From NCBI GenBank assembly GCA_013151635.1, contig JAADHV010000074.1, forward strand, positions 36,959-100,958: a stretch of DNA of 64,000 nucleotides, in the 5' to 3' direction. The notes under the pieces were generated by a model. The model was not told the origin of the DNA and did not search any database. It saw nothing but the letters and a program-made list of their open reading frames with translations. A program made the position numbers and the translations under genes. Below are positions 20,265-29,900 of this stretch, piece after piece. Each line of letters starts with the position of its first letter. The first letter of the stretch is position 1. Source of the DNA: Deltaproteobacteria bacterium (GTDB taxonomy: Bacteria > Desulfobacterota > Desulfobacteria > Desulfobacterales > Desulfobacteraceae).

Positions 20265-20430
20265 ATATGAGCCAAATTTTCAAAAAACTGGAATCTTTAT
20301 CTAACAAGGGTTCCTGTTTAATAAAACATGGCTTAAGTGTTCTTACTATCCACACTGTGCCGGCTGTGATTTAGACAATATTCAATTAAACCCTCTTAAA
20401 GGACAGCCTATATGGCTCATTAAAAAAAAT

Positions 20431-21549
20431 ATGCGACTTGGAATTGATGCAACATTTTTTGGCAGCAGCCAGCCCACAGGTCTTGGGATATACACCTGTA
20501 ATATGATAAATGCGTTGATCCGTATACATAAAAAAACTGAAATTTGGGCCTCCAGAGACTATGAATTTTCCATAGACCCTGCTCAATTGCACCTGGTGCT
20601 GCAAAGGCTGCCCGGTTTAGAACGTTATGCCTATTTACTCCGCCCTCTCTGGATGGAAACCATTTTTCCAAAACAACTGCGCGAATCTAAAATCGATATC
20701 CTTTACTCCCCTGTCCCCGGAGGGATGCGGCACTGCCCGGTTCCTCATCTTGTGACCGTACATGATCTTACCCCTATTGCCGTTCCTGGCGATTCCCCCG
20801 CTCCTGTTGTTTGGAACTTTCGATACAGGTTACCCAGAATTCTACAAAATGCTGCTGCCGTAATCGCTGTTTCACAACACACTAAAAACGACATATGCTC
20901 ATTTTACGGTATTGATGAGAATAAAATTCATGTTATTCACGGGGCGTATAGTCAGGCTCATTTCTTTCCTGAAATTGACCCTGAGAGCCTTGACCGGTTC
21001 GGTCTTGAAGGTTTGCCATATATTCTGGCCATCGGTTCGGCCAACCATAGAAAAAATTTTTCCCGGCTGTTAAAAGCTATTTCCAGAATAAAAAACAACA
21101 TCACACATCACTTGGTGATTGCAGGACCAAGGTCACCGGCAGAAAACAGAAAAATACAAAAAAAAGCCGGGCAATTGGGTATTTCCGATCGGTTGCACCT
21201 GCTTCCCTATCTGTCCAATAAAGAGCTGAGAGCTTTGTACAGCAGTGCAGATCTTTTTGTCTATCCTTCACTTTATGAAGGATTTGGCATTCCCGTTCTT
21301 GAAGCCATGGCTTGTGGCACTCCGGTATTAGCTGCAAATACAAGCTCAATTCCCGAGGTAGCCGGCAATGCTGCTCTTTTGATTGACCCAAACGATACCG
21401 AGTCAATAGCAAGCGGTATTATTCAAATCATAACTAATCATGATGTCATAAAATATTATACTCGTCTCGGGCTCAAACGGATCCAAAACTTCAGCTGGGA
21501 AAATTCAGCCAACCGGCTGATTAAACTGATAAGCACAATAAAAACATAA
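20431..21549 (+). CDS. Glycosyltransferase family 4 (GT-B)
   Basis: GLGIYTCN N-domain, and YPSLYEGFGIPVLEAMACGTPVLAANTSSIPEV. Confidence 0.88.
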   Translation: MRLGIDATFFGSSQPTGLGIYTCNMINALIRIHKKTEIWASRDYEFSIDPAQLHLVLQRLPGLERYAYLLRPLWMETIFPKQLRESKIDILYSPVPGGMRHCPVPHLVTVHDLTPIAVPGDSPAPVVWNFRYRLPRILQNAAAVIAVSQHTKNDICSFYGIDENKIHVIHGAYSQAHFFPEIDPESLDRFGLEGLPYILAIGSANHRKNFSRLLKAISRIKNNITHHLVIAGPRSPAENRKIQKKAGQLGISDRLHLLPYLSNKELRALYSSADLFVYPSLYEGFGIPVLEAMACGTPVLAANTSSIPEVAGNAALLIDPNDTESIASGIIQIITNHDVIKYYTRLGLKRIQNFSWENSANRLIKLISTIKT

Positions 21550-21606
21550 AATATTTATATGAGCTATAACGCACGCATAAATTGAGTTAATAAAAAATCT
21601 TTATAT

Positions 21607-22656
21607 TCAATGAGGCGATCTATGGTTTACCCATGCCATGTTAATGGCACTGAGGACATTGTCTGTTTTTATCCTGTCAAGGCTAGCAAAACACTCATCT
21701 TTTTCCCACTTATCAGATGTCTGAAACAAAGCCTGGTTGTCTCTTATCACATAAATATTATCATTTTTTGGTACCCATAGATCAAGCGAGGGGCCGTTGA
21801 GGATAAACATCTCTTTTCTCAAAGCATACCCGATATGCACAACTGCCGTGTTTACAGTGATAATTGTATCACATCTGTCTATTGTGTTGATAAGCTCATG
21901 AACGGAATTAGAATAAGAAAAACAGAACCTGTCTGTAACAGTTCTATTACAGTGTTTTATAATATAATCTTTGAATTTATTAAAGCCTTTATCTTTTCCA
22001 AATACAACGAACTTGATATCCGGATGCTCTGATAAAAGATTCCGGGCCAATACCAGCCATTTTGCAAAAGGCCATATGAAGCTCTTAATATGACCCCTTC
22101 GACTCCAGGGATGCAGGCCGATCAACCGTTTTTTATTCAAAACCTTATGCACTCTTACGGATCGACTCACCGGTAATTCCAGTTGATAATCATCTGTCGG
22201 GAATTCTATTTTAAGTAACTCAGCCAATTGGTTCAAATGCAAATCAAGTATGTAGTCGCCTTTGGGAGGAGTAATGATATCGGCATTTATTATATTAAAA
22301 TCAACAATATAATCTGCAAGATTCATTTTTTTTAAGAAACTATAGAATAAGAACCCCTGAATTGAACCAGGTGCCATCTGTAAACAGAAAATAGTATAAT
22401 TGTTTTTTTTATAGCCCCTTATTGTACGGACAAGACAGCATAACTCTTTAAAACTGAAAATTGAAAAAAATATTTTTTTAATATCAGCATCAGGCCACAG
22501 ATGAATATGAGGGTTGCTCTTATGGATAATGATACTCCCTGCATCAGGAAAATTCTTCTTTATCTTGGTGATCAGATCTCCCATCACTATGAAGTCCCCC
22601 AAACCTGAAGTCATTGTGTATAAAAATAACGGTGTTATTTTGATAGAAGGTTTCAT
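21607..22656 (-). CDS. Glycosyltransferase family 9-like protein
   Basis: GLGDFIVMGDLI, LHPWSRRG and TVNTAVVHIGYAL resemble GT9 motifs. The gene is very AT-rich (about 27% GC in a sampled 100 nt). Confidence 0.65.
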   Translation of the reverse strand: MKPSIKITPLFLYTMTSGLGDFIVMGDLITKIKKNFPDAGSIIIHKSNPHIHLWPDADIKKIFFSIFSFKELCCLVRTIRGYKKNNYTIFCLQMAPGSIQGFLFYSFLKKMNLADYIVDFNIINADIITPPKGDYILDLHLNQLAELLKIEFPTDDYQLELPVSRSVRVHKVLNKKRLIGLHPWSRRGHIKSFIWPFAKWLVLARNLLSEHPDIKFVVFGKDKGFNKFKDYIIKHCNRTVTDRFCFSYSNSVHELINTIDRCDTIITVNTAVVHIGYALRKEMFILNGPSLDLWVPKNDNIYVIRDNQALFQTSDKWEKDECFASLDRIKTDNVLSAINMAWVNHRSPH

Positions 22657-22722
22657 GGCAACCAGATCCCTAAAAGATAAATGCTTTGAATTCGATGGAT
22701 AAAGATCAAAACCTTTGCAGTT

Positions 22723-23421
22723 TCAGTCTTGTTTTTTTAAAAATATTATTTTATCAGTTAATTGCGACAATCTTTCCATGCTATGTGAGACTATTAAAAG
22801 TGTTTTGTTCTGTTCCAGTAAATCTTTTATGGAATTAAAAGATTTAATTTTAAATTCCTCGTCTCCAACTGCTAAAATTTCATCAATCAGGTAGATATCG
22901 GCATCAGAATGAATTGCGATTGAAAACCCGAGTCTGAGATTCATTCCTGAAGAATATTTTTTAACAGGTGTTGAAATAAAATCACTCAGTCCTGAATATT
23001 CAATAATTTGGTCTGTTTTTGATTTTATTTCACCAATCGTCATCCCCAGAATTGCGCCGTTCATATAAATATTTTCAAGGCCATTCAGATCGGGATGAAA
23101 TCCGGCCCCCAATTCTATCAAGGGTGCAATGCGGCCGGTTACCCCGACTTTCCCACGGGTTGGCGCAATAACATTGGCAACAAGTTTGAGCAAGGTGCTT
23201 TTCCCGGAGCCGTTGGGTCCGTACAGCCCTATGCTTTGACCCTTTTGAACTAAAAATGAAAGATTTTTTATTGCAAAGAACTGATTGTCTTTCAGAGGGC
23301 CTGGTTTATCCTTCCCTGAAAAAAAGGACATAATACCTTCACGCAGGGTTCCATGCTGGTTGTGACCCTTGGAAAAAACCTTGCTGACCTTGTCAAAACA
23401 TATGGCAGTATCAGATGACAT
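22723..23421 (-). CDS. Polysaccharide/O-antigen ABC exporter ATP-binding protein (Wzt/TagH-like, no C-terminal glycan-binding domain)
   Basis: GPNGSGKSTLLK, YSSGMNLRLGF and IYLIDEILAVGD. I chose ATG 23421 (MSSDTAICFDKVSKVF); the longer ORF starts at 23463. Confidence 0.88.
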   Translation of the reverse strand: MSSDTAICFDKVSKVFSKGHNQHGTLREGIMSFFSGKDKPGPLKDNQFFAIKNLSFLVQKGQSIGLYGPNGSGKSTLLKLVANVIAPTRGKVGVTGRIAPLIELGAGFHPDLNGLENIYMNGAILGMTIGEIKSKTDQIIEYSGLSDFISTPVKKYSSGMNLRLGFSIAIHSDADIYLIDEILAVGDEEFKIKSFNSIKDLLEQNKTLLIVSHSMERLSQLTDKIIFLKKQD

Positions 23422-24184
23422 CGGCAAAAGACCTTTCAAAATGTATAAAGAATTTATAGGCAATAATAAAAAAAGCTATTACAAAACCTGTTTCAACAGC
23501 AAACTGCCAGGGCACAATCCCTCTTTCTTCAATCAGGACTCTTCGAAAATTTTCAATAATATAAGTTAAGGGGTTTAAAAAAAGGAGGAATTTCATTTTT
23601 AAACTTACGGTATCAATAGAATAAAATACAGGAGATGCAAAGAACCACGCCTGCAGCAAGAAGCCTGATGCAAGCCTGACATCCCTGTAATAAACATTGA
23701 TTGTACCAAACAGCAGGCATATGGAAGCCGTAAATAAAAACAACAAGGCGCTCAAGGGAATTGCCCATAAGGAGTTTAATGTAAATGGTATCTTGTAGAA
23801 AAAAAGCATGCCTGTAAGCAGCACAATAGATATGAAAAAATCTGAGATAAAAACACTGATCCTGGAAAAAATAATTATTTCTCTTGGAAAATAAATTTTG
23901 GTAATCAAATCTCTATGATCTGTTAAAGAATTGATTGATGCGTTGACAGAGGCTGAAAAAAAAGTCCAGGGTACAAGTCCTGCAAAATAGAATAAAGCCC
24001 TTGGGCATCCGTTGGTAGTTATATTCAAAACCAACCCGAAGACAACAACAAACAGGATCATCATGCTTAAGGGCTGAATTAATGCCCATAACATCCCGAT
24101 AGCAGTCTGTTTATACCGGATCAGTAATTCACGCCACACAAAAACAAAAAATAAATCCCTGAAATTTGTCAGTCTTTTTAGCAT
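23411..24184 (-). CDS. Polysaccharide ABC-2 exporter permease (Wzm-like)
   Basis: 257 aa, 6 TM segments, and the ABC-2 N-terminus RELLIRYKQTAIGMLWALIQP. Confidence 0.88.
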   Translation of the reverse strand: MLKRLTNFRDLFFVFVWRELLIRYKQTAIGMLWALIQPLSMMILFVVVFGLVLNITTNGCPRALFYFAGLVPWTFFSASVNASINSLTDHRDLITKIYFPREIIIFSRISVFISDFFISIVLLTGMLFFYKIPFTLNSLWAIPLSALLFLFTASICLLFGTINVYYRDVRLASGFLLQAWFFASPVFYSIDTVSLKMKFLLFLNPLTYIIENFRRVLIEERGIVPWQFAVETGFVIAFFIIAYKFFIHFERSFADVI

Positions 24185-24276
24185 TTTTTTTGTCTGTCTC
24201 TAACAATTTTTGTCATTTTTAATCGAAGAACCATGCTGATACAATTGATAATGATATCCTTGAAATCTTTTCATTT

Positions 24277-24290
24277 GTTAATGCATTAAC
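24277..24290. promoter_or_regulatory. Perfect 14-bp palindrome, candidate enhancer (UAS) for a sigma-54 activator
   Basis: GTTAATGCATTAAC lies about 75-85 bp upstream of the -24 element at 24363. Confidence 0.35.
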
Positions 24291-24362
24291 ATATTTTATG
24301 CAGGCAGCGCAAATTGCAAGTTGAAATAAATATTGCCGTTTATTTATTCTATATCTTGCCTG

Positions 24363-24377
24363 TGGCACTTTTTTTGC
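24363..24377 (+). promoter_or_regulatory. Sigma-54 promoter of the minor-pilin operon
   Basis: Exact TGGCAC-TTTTT-TTGC match to the -24/-12 consensus, about 140 nt upstream of the first pilin-like gene. Confidence 0.75.
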
Positions 24378-24517
24378 TTTTATATCTAACGGTATAACGG
24401 TGATAATTTTAATTAACTTTTCAGTTCTCCGGATTAATGATATATTTTATCATTTTTAAGATTTCCTGACTTAAATCATCAGGTAAACTATTCAATCCTC
24501 AGGGCGAAACGAAAAAA

Positions 24518-25075
24518 ATGTTTAATAAAAACACAAAAAAGAAAATAAATCCAGGTTTCACGTTAATAGAGCTTATGATTGTAATTGCCATGATGGGTAT
24601 CCTGTCTGCCGTGGCAGTACCGAGATTTCAAGCATGGCTGCCGGTATACAGGTTAAAGTCTGCGGTCAGCGATCTTCAGTCAAATATGCAGAAAGCAAGA
24701 AGCCTGGCCATTAAAGAAAATTCTTCGATTCAGCTCAGATTTGACTATACGAATTCACCCGGATTTTATTATTTTGATACAACAAAGGATGGTGCATATA
24801 CGGCAGGTGAATTCAGAGTTGATCTTTCATCATATAACAGCGGTGTGGCTTTTGGTACAGGAAATGCCACGGCTAAATGGGATGGTACTGCTTTCAGCGT
24901 TCCACCAACCGCTGCAATCGGATTTGGAACAAGGGGAACTTCAAATACGGCAACGGTTTATCTCCAAAATGAAAATCAAAATGTATGCTATGCAATCACT
25001 ACCAGTATTGCAGGCACAGCCAGGATAAGACAATACAATGGAAGTCTTCCGTTTAATACAGGCAATTGGAATTAG
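24518..25075 (+). CDS. GspH/FimT-family minor (pseudo)pilin
   Basis: Prepilin motif NPG|[24 protein letters not shown], followed by the GspH-like AVSDLQSNMQKARSLAI. Confidence 0.82.
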   Translation: MFNKNTKKKINPGFTLIELMIVIAMMGILSAVAVPRFQAWLPVYRLKSAVSDLQSNMQKARSLAIKENSSIQLRFDYTNSPGFYYFDTTKDGAYTAGEFRVDLSSYNSGVAFGTGNATAKWDGTAFSVPPTAAIGFGTRGTSNTATVYLQNENQNVCYAITTSIAGTARIRQYNGSLPFNTGNWN

Positions 25076-25078
25076 GCC

Positions 25079-25969
25079 ATGATGCATATAACTTTAAATT
25101 CAAACAAATCCAAAGGTTTTACAATAATTGAACTCCTTATTGCCATCTCAATTTCAAGCATAGTAATGGTTGCCCTTTATCAGACATTCAACTCACAGCA
25201 GAAAAGCTATCTGATCCAGGAGGATGTTGCTACAATGCAGCAGGGATTGCGGGCATCAATGCTCCTTTTAGCCAATGATATCAGGATGGCGGGATATGAC
25301 AGCCAGTTAAGCGGAAATTTTGGGATTACGGATATCCGTCCGAGAGATATTTCCAATGTTGTGGATACCGGGCTGACAGGACACAGTTCCATTACTCTGA
25401 CAGGCGATTTCGGTAATGGCGCTTTCAGTGATAACGGTGTTCTTGATACTGACGAAACCATTCAGTACTCGTTATATGATTTAGCTCCTGCTGACGGAAA
25501 TACTGACCTGGCAAGAGACAGTGGCGGCGGGCGGCAGCTTTTAGCTGAAAATATTCTGGGTTTTGGCCTTGCATTTGCGTTTGACGATGATCTTGATGGT
25601 GAACTCGATACTTATACCGCAGTGAATCCCGGTGCAACAAAGCAAATTATCTGGGCCATTGATTCAAATGGAGACAATGCCCTTGACACCAATCTTGACA
25701 CCAATCTTGACGGGGTAATCGATGTTAATGACAGCCCGGGCGGGCCTGGAAGCAATGGAATCATTGTGGGCAGCGCACTTGCATCAAATGTTGCCATCAG
25801 TAATATAAGGGCTGTCAGAATCTGGGTACTTGCACAAACCGATAAACCGGAACCAAGCTTTAATAACACCAACACCTATATTATCGGGAAATATGTCATT
25901 ACACCAAACAATAGCAGAAGAATGAGACTTTTAAGTAAAACTATTAAATGCCGGAATCTGGGATTATGA
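25079..25969 (+). CDS. pilW: PilW-like minor pilin
   Basis: KSKG|FTIIELLIAISISSIVMVALYQTF, LRASMLLLANDIRMAGY and a C-terminal ...RRMRLLSKTIKCRNLG, all typical of PilW. Asp-rich inserts are present. Confidence 0.8.
   Translation: MMHITLNSNKSKGFTIIELLIAISISSIVMVALYQTFNSQQKSYLIQEDVATMQQGLRASMLLLANDIRMAGYDSQLSGNFGITDIRPRDISNVVDTGLTGHSSITLTGDFGNGAFSDNGVLDTDETIQYSLYDLAPADGNTDLARDSGGGRQLLAENILGFGLAFAFDDDLDGELDTYTAVNPGATKQIIWAIDSNGDNALDTNLDTNLDGVIDVNDSPGGPGSNGIIVGSALASNVAISNIRAVRIWVLAQTDKPEPSFNNTNTYIIGKYVITPNNSRRMRLLSKTIKCRNLGL
25682..25711 (+). repeat. 12-bp in-frame tandem repeat (2.5 copies) inside pilW
   Basis: CTTGACACCAAT x2 followed by CTTGAC, encoding LDTNLDTNLD. Confidence 0.9.
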
Positions 25970-26406
25970 AAACCTTTATATTAAAACCAAAAGCAAAGTA
26001 TCAAGATGGATTCGGTTTAATAGAAGTCCTTATTGCCATGGCTGTTTTATCAATTGGTTTATTAAGCATTGCAGCCCTGCAGACTTCGGCAATTCGCGGG
26101 AATGCAAAATCAAACAATTTGACTGAAAGAACGACAGCTGCATCCAATCATATTGAATATCTTTTAAATCTGCCCTTTACTGACCCTGATTTAACAGCCG
26201 GGGCTCATAACCCTGAAGGTGACGGCATTGATAATGATGGCGATGGTGTCACAGACGAAGCAGATGATGATGGTGAATCCGGATATACTGTCACCTGGAA
26301 TGTGACAGACAATACTTCAAATGAAAAAACCATTACCCTGACTCTTACCGGAACCGATTACGGCCTGACAAGAACCATAACCATGAACACTGTAAGGGTT
26401 AGATAA
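25966..26406 (+). CDS. pilV: PilV-like minor pilin
   Basis: QDG|FGLIEVLIAMAVLSIGLLSIAALQTSAIRGN. ATG 25966 overlaps the pilW stop (ATGA). Confidence 0.8.
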   Translation: MKTFILKPKAKYQDGFGLIEVLIAMAVLSIGLLSIAALQTSAIRGNAKSNNLTERTTAASNHIEYLLNLPFTDPDLTAGAHNPEGDGIDNDGDGVTDEADDDGESGYTVTWNVTDNTSNEKTITLTLTGTDYGLTRTITMNTVRVR

Positions 26407-26426
26407 TGTACCCGGGGGTTTAAGAT

Positions 26427-26912
26427 ATGACAGCTACAATGTTAAAAAACGAGGAAGGATTTGTTTTAATCGCTTCAATGCTTTTTTTAGTGGTTTTAAC
26501 AATTATCGGAATTGCCGCAACCAACACAACTACCATTGAAACCAATATTGCAGGTAATGAAAAAATTTATAAACAAAATTTCTACCTGGCAGAAGGGGCG
26601 GCTAGAGAAGCTGCTCAAAATGATCTCACATCTGCCTGGGTATGGGAAGCCAATAAAAATGACCTGCCTTTAGATAGTGGAGGGACATTTGATGTTAATA
26701 GTGTTTTCACACAAACTTCAGGGCTTGGTGCCAATACAAGCTTTGGTGTTGTCGATAATGATATCCCTTCCGGAGTTTTAGGTTCAGGCCATTCATTAAA
26801 GGTTGACGGAACCGGTGCCGGCGGCAGAATGAATTTTTTTGATCTTTATGGACAGTCAACCCAGAATAATAGTACGGTCAGAATCAAAATAGGATATACA
26901 AAACGTTTATGA
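26427..26912 (+). CDS. pilX: PilX-like minor pilin
   Basis: EEGFVLIASMLFLVVLTIIGIAATNTTTIETNIAGN is a PilX N-terminal domain pattern. The position between pilV and pilY1 also fits. Confidence 0.75.
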   Translation: MTATMLKNEEGFVLIASMLFLVVLTIIGIAATNTTTIETNIAGNEKIYKQNFYLAEGAAREAAQNDLTSAWVWEANKNDLPLDSGGTFDVNSVFTQTSGLGANTSFGVVDNDIPSGVLGSGHSLKVDGTGAGGRMNFFDLYGQSTQNNSTVRIKIGYTKRL

Positions 26913-26922
26913 GAGGTGTTAA

Positions 26923-29900
26923 ATGACTCAAAAAAAAAGTTTTATTAACTTTATTGCAAGATGGCGGTTTATCATACTCTCTTTATTTGTTGTCCTTTAT
27001 TCCACCCGGGGATTCTGCATCGCTATCAGTGATGATCCAATGGATACCAAAGTACAGGCAGCTCCTCCAAATATCATGTTCATCCTTGATAACTCTGGCA
27101 GCATGGACTGGGAATTCATGACACAGGAGTCCAATGGAGTGTTCTCAAATAATGAATATTTATTCCCTAACCCGGGCGACAACAACTATACATCAGGATC
27201 ATATGATGATGTCCTGTCAGATGCAGACCGGGGTTTATGGAAGAGCCAGTGGTCAGGATATAATAAAATTTTTTATAACCCCCTCTCCAAGTATACCCCC
27301 TGGCCAGCCACAACCACGTACTCAATGAATAACGCAGGTCTTAAGACTCCTTATTCAAACCCGATTCATACCAGCACTGGAGACCCGTCCATCACATTGA
27401 ATGGCACTTACAAGACAATAAGTGTGGCAACCCCGATCATAGTTGATAATCTGGACGGAGCCCCTGCTTTTACAACGCCTTCGGGCACATGGTCTGAATC
27501 AATGTTTGAAAATGAATGGCCATATCCCGGGGCAACGCACAGTTCTGTATATACAAGTACTATTGGGGGGCAGGCTGTTTTTACGCCTGACATCCCCACA
27601 ACAGGCAATTATGAGGTGTTCGCATGGTGGAATTGCTATACAAGCCGTGACAGCAACGCAAAAATAACCATTAACCATATTGGAGGTCCGACTACAATAT
27701 TCAAGAACCAGAAATCTTCTTCTGTAACAAAGAATGAATCAGGCGTTTGCGGGGAATGGATATCTTTAGGAATTTATAATTTTGATTCTGATGATACAGG
27801 TAATGTAACTATAGAACGCCATGCGGGCAGCACCGGTGGGACAACTGTTGCAGATGCGATAAAGTTTGTCTCCACTACCACTGCGGATACAGATATTACC
27901 ATTAAAAATGCCCATTATTACACGTGGTATGACAAAAACAGTGATGGTGCGGTTGACAATCTTGAAGTCTATCTTGTGACATGGGAAGATACTGATGCTG
28001 ATGGTATTCTTGACCACAGGCTCTATTACCAGGTAGACAGCCCGGATGATAATAAAGTGGAATCACTGGAGTTAACCCCTCTTGCTTACAACAAAGATGA
28101 TCAGGGGAGCGATGGAGTACCAAACGACATTCAGCCCAAAAATTATGATGAGGACGGGGTTAATTTTACTTATAAAACAGATACTGAAGACCTTCAAAAT
28201 TTTGCCAATTGGTACTCGTATTACAGGAGAAGAGAACTCGCAGCCAAGGCTGCTGTCTCAAAATCCATTACAGATTTAGATTGGGTTTATGCAGGGTTTT
28301 ATACTATTAACAGCGGAGTTCGACAGACTGTTTTGCCAATTAATGTGGAATCAAATTCCATTATCATTGATAATAAAGACAGCGGGTTTACTAAAAGCGG
28401 TTCCTGGAGTGAATCAAGTGCTCAGAACTATGGCCAGGAATATAAAGACAGCTCGCTTTATTCCTATACCGGTACGGCAAAATGGACTCCATACCTTTCT
28501 GCCGGCACTTACAATGTCTATGCCTGGTGGGGATATGCCGGCAGTCGAACAACCCAGGCACAGTATACAATTAATCATAGCGGCGGGACATCAACTGTTA
28601 CAAAAGATCATGATGTTCTGACCGATGCATTTAAATGGCAGCTTTTGGGTACTTATACATTTGATTCGGGATCTTCCGGATATGTAACCGTTCAGAATAT
28701 TGGCAGCAGCAGTAAAGTCGCCAGTGCAGATGCTATAAAATTTGAAAAAACATCCGGCGGTGTAACCGTTGATGAGACAGACACGCTTTTGGATTTATTG
28801 TACGGGATTAATTCCAATGGCGGCACACCATTGCGGGCGGCGCTGAGAGATGTAGGCCGGTATTATGACCAGGATGACGGATTGACCGGCAACCTTGGCA
28901 CGTCTCCTTTTAAGGATGAAGCAAGTGGAGGGGCCTGTCAGCAGACGTTTACGGTTTTGATGACAGATGGCTACTACAACGGCAGTGACCCGGGGATAGG
29001 GAATGAAGACGGGGATAACGGGGCTCCCTATGCCGACACGTATTCAGACACACTTGCTGACATGGCCATGAAATATTATGACACGGACCTTTCCGCCACT
29101 TTGCCTGACAATCTGCCCACAAATAATTATGATGATAAAAAAACCCAGCATATGGTCACATATTCAGTCTCTTTTGGTGTGACAGGAACCATTGACCCGA
29201 CTGATATGGATAATAATGGAATCACAGACAACCCCACATATGAAGATGATCCTTATTTTTTAAATCCGGCCACCCCCAAACCGACCTGGCCGAATCCGGA
29301 TAGCGGCGATGCACAGAAAATTGATGACCTCTGGCATTCGGCAGTAAACGGCAGGGGAGAATTTTTCAGCGCTGATGATCCCGAGGAACTTGTCTCTTCC
29401 TTAAATTCTGTTTTTGAAAACCTTGCATCCAGGATTGCATCCGGCGCTTCTGTTTCTGTAAACGGTGATGAGCTGAATACAGGATCTGTCATGTATCAGT
29501 CCACTTACACATCCGGGGTCTGGGAAGGAGATGTGACTGCATATCCTATTGATCCTGTCACAGGGGAAATTAAAACAGAAGCAAGTCAAATTCTCTGGCA
29601 TGCTTCTGAAAAGCTCCAGTCACAGGACTGGGATACAGGACGAAGGATTGTAACCTATAATGGATATGATTCTATCTTAAGCTTCAGATATGCTAACTTG
29701 ACTGATCTTCAGAAAACTTCCCTAAACAGTAATCCCGATGTGGTCGATTATTTAAGAGGCAAAGAGGTAACAGGCTTTAGATCACGACAGAAAAAACTTG
29801 GAGATATTGTTCATTCAGCCCCGCTTCTGGTCATAGGTGACAGCATGGATAATGACACGGATTCATTAGTGGATGAAGATGGAGAAGAATCGGGCGTTAT

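Noticed and set aside
20261-20374. 37-codon ORF overlapping the GT4 stop (ATGA) in the gap between the two GT4 genes
   Set aside because: It has no recognisable motif or RBS. It is possibly a gene remnant, but it is not supportable as a feature.
25682-25711. The short direct repeats considered as a CRISPR-like or other repeat array
   Set aside because: There are only 2.5 copies of 12 bp, in frame within pilW, with no spacers. No CRISPR array or cas genes occur anywhere in the window.
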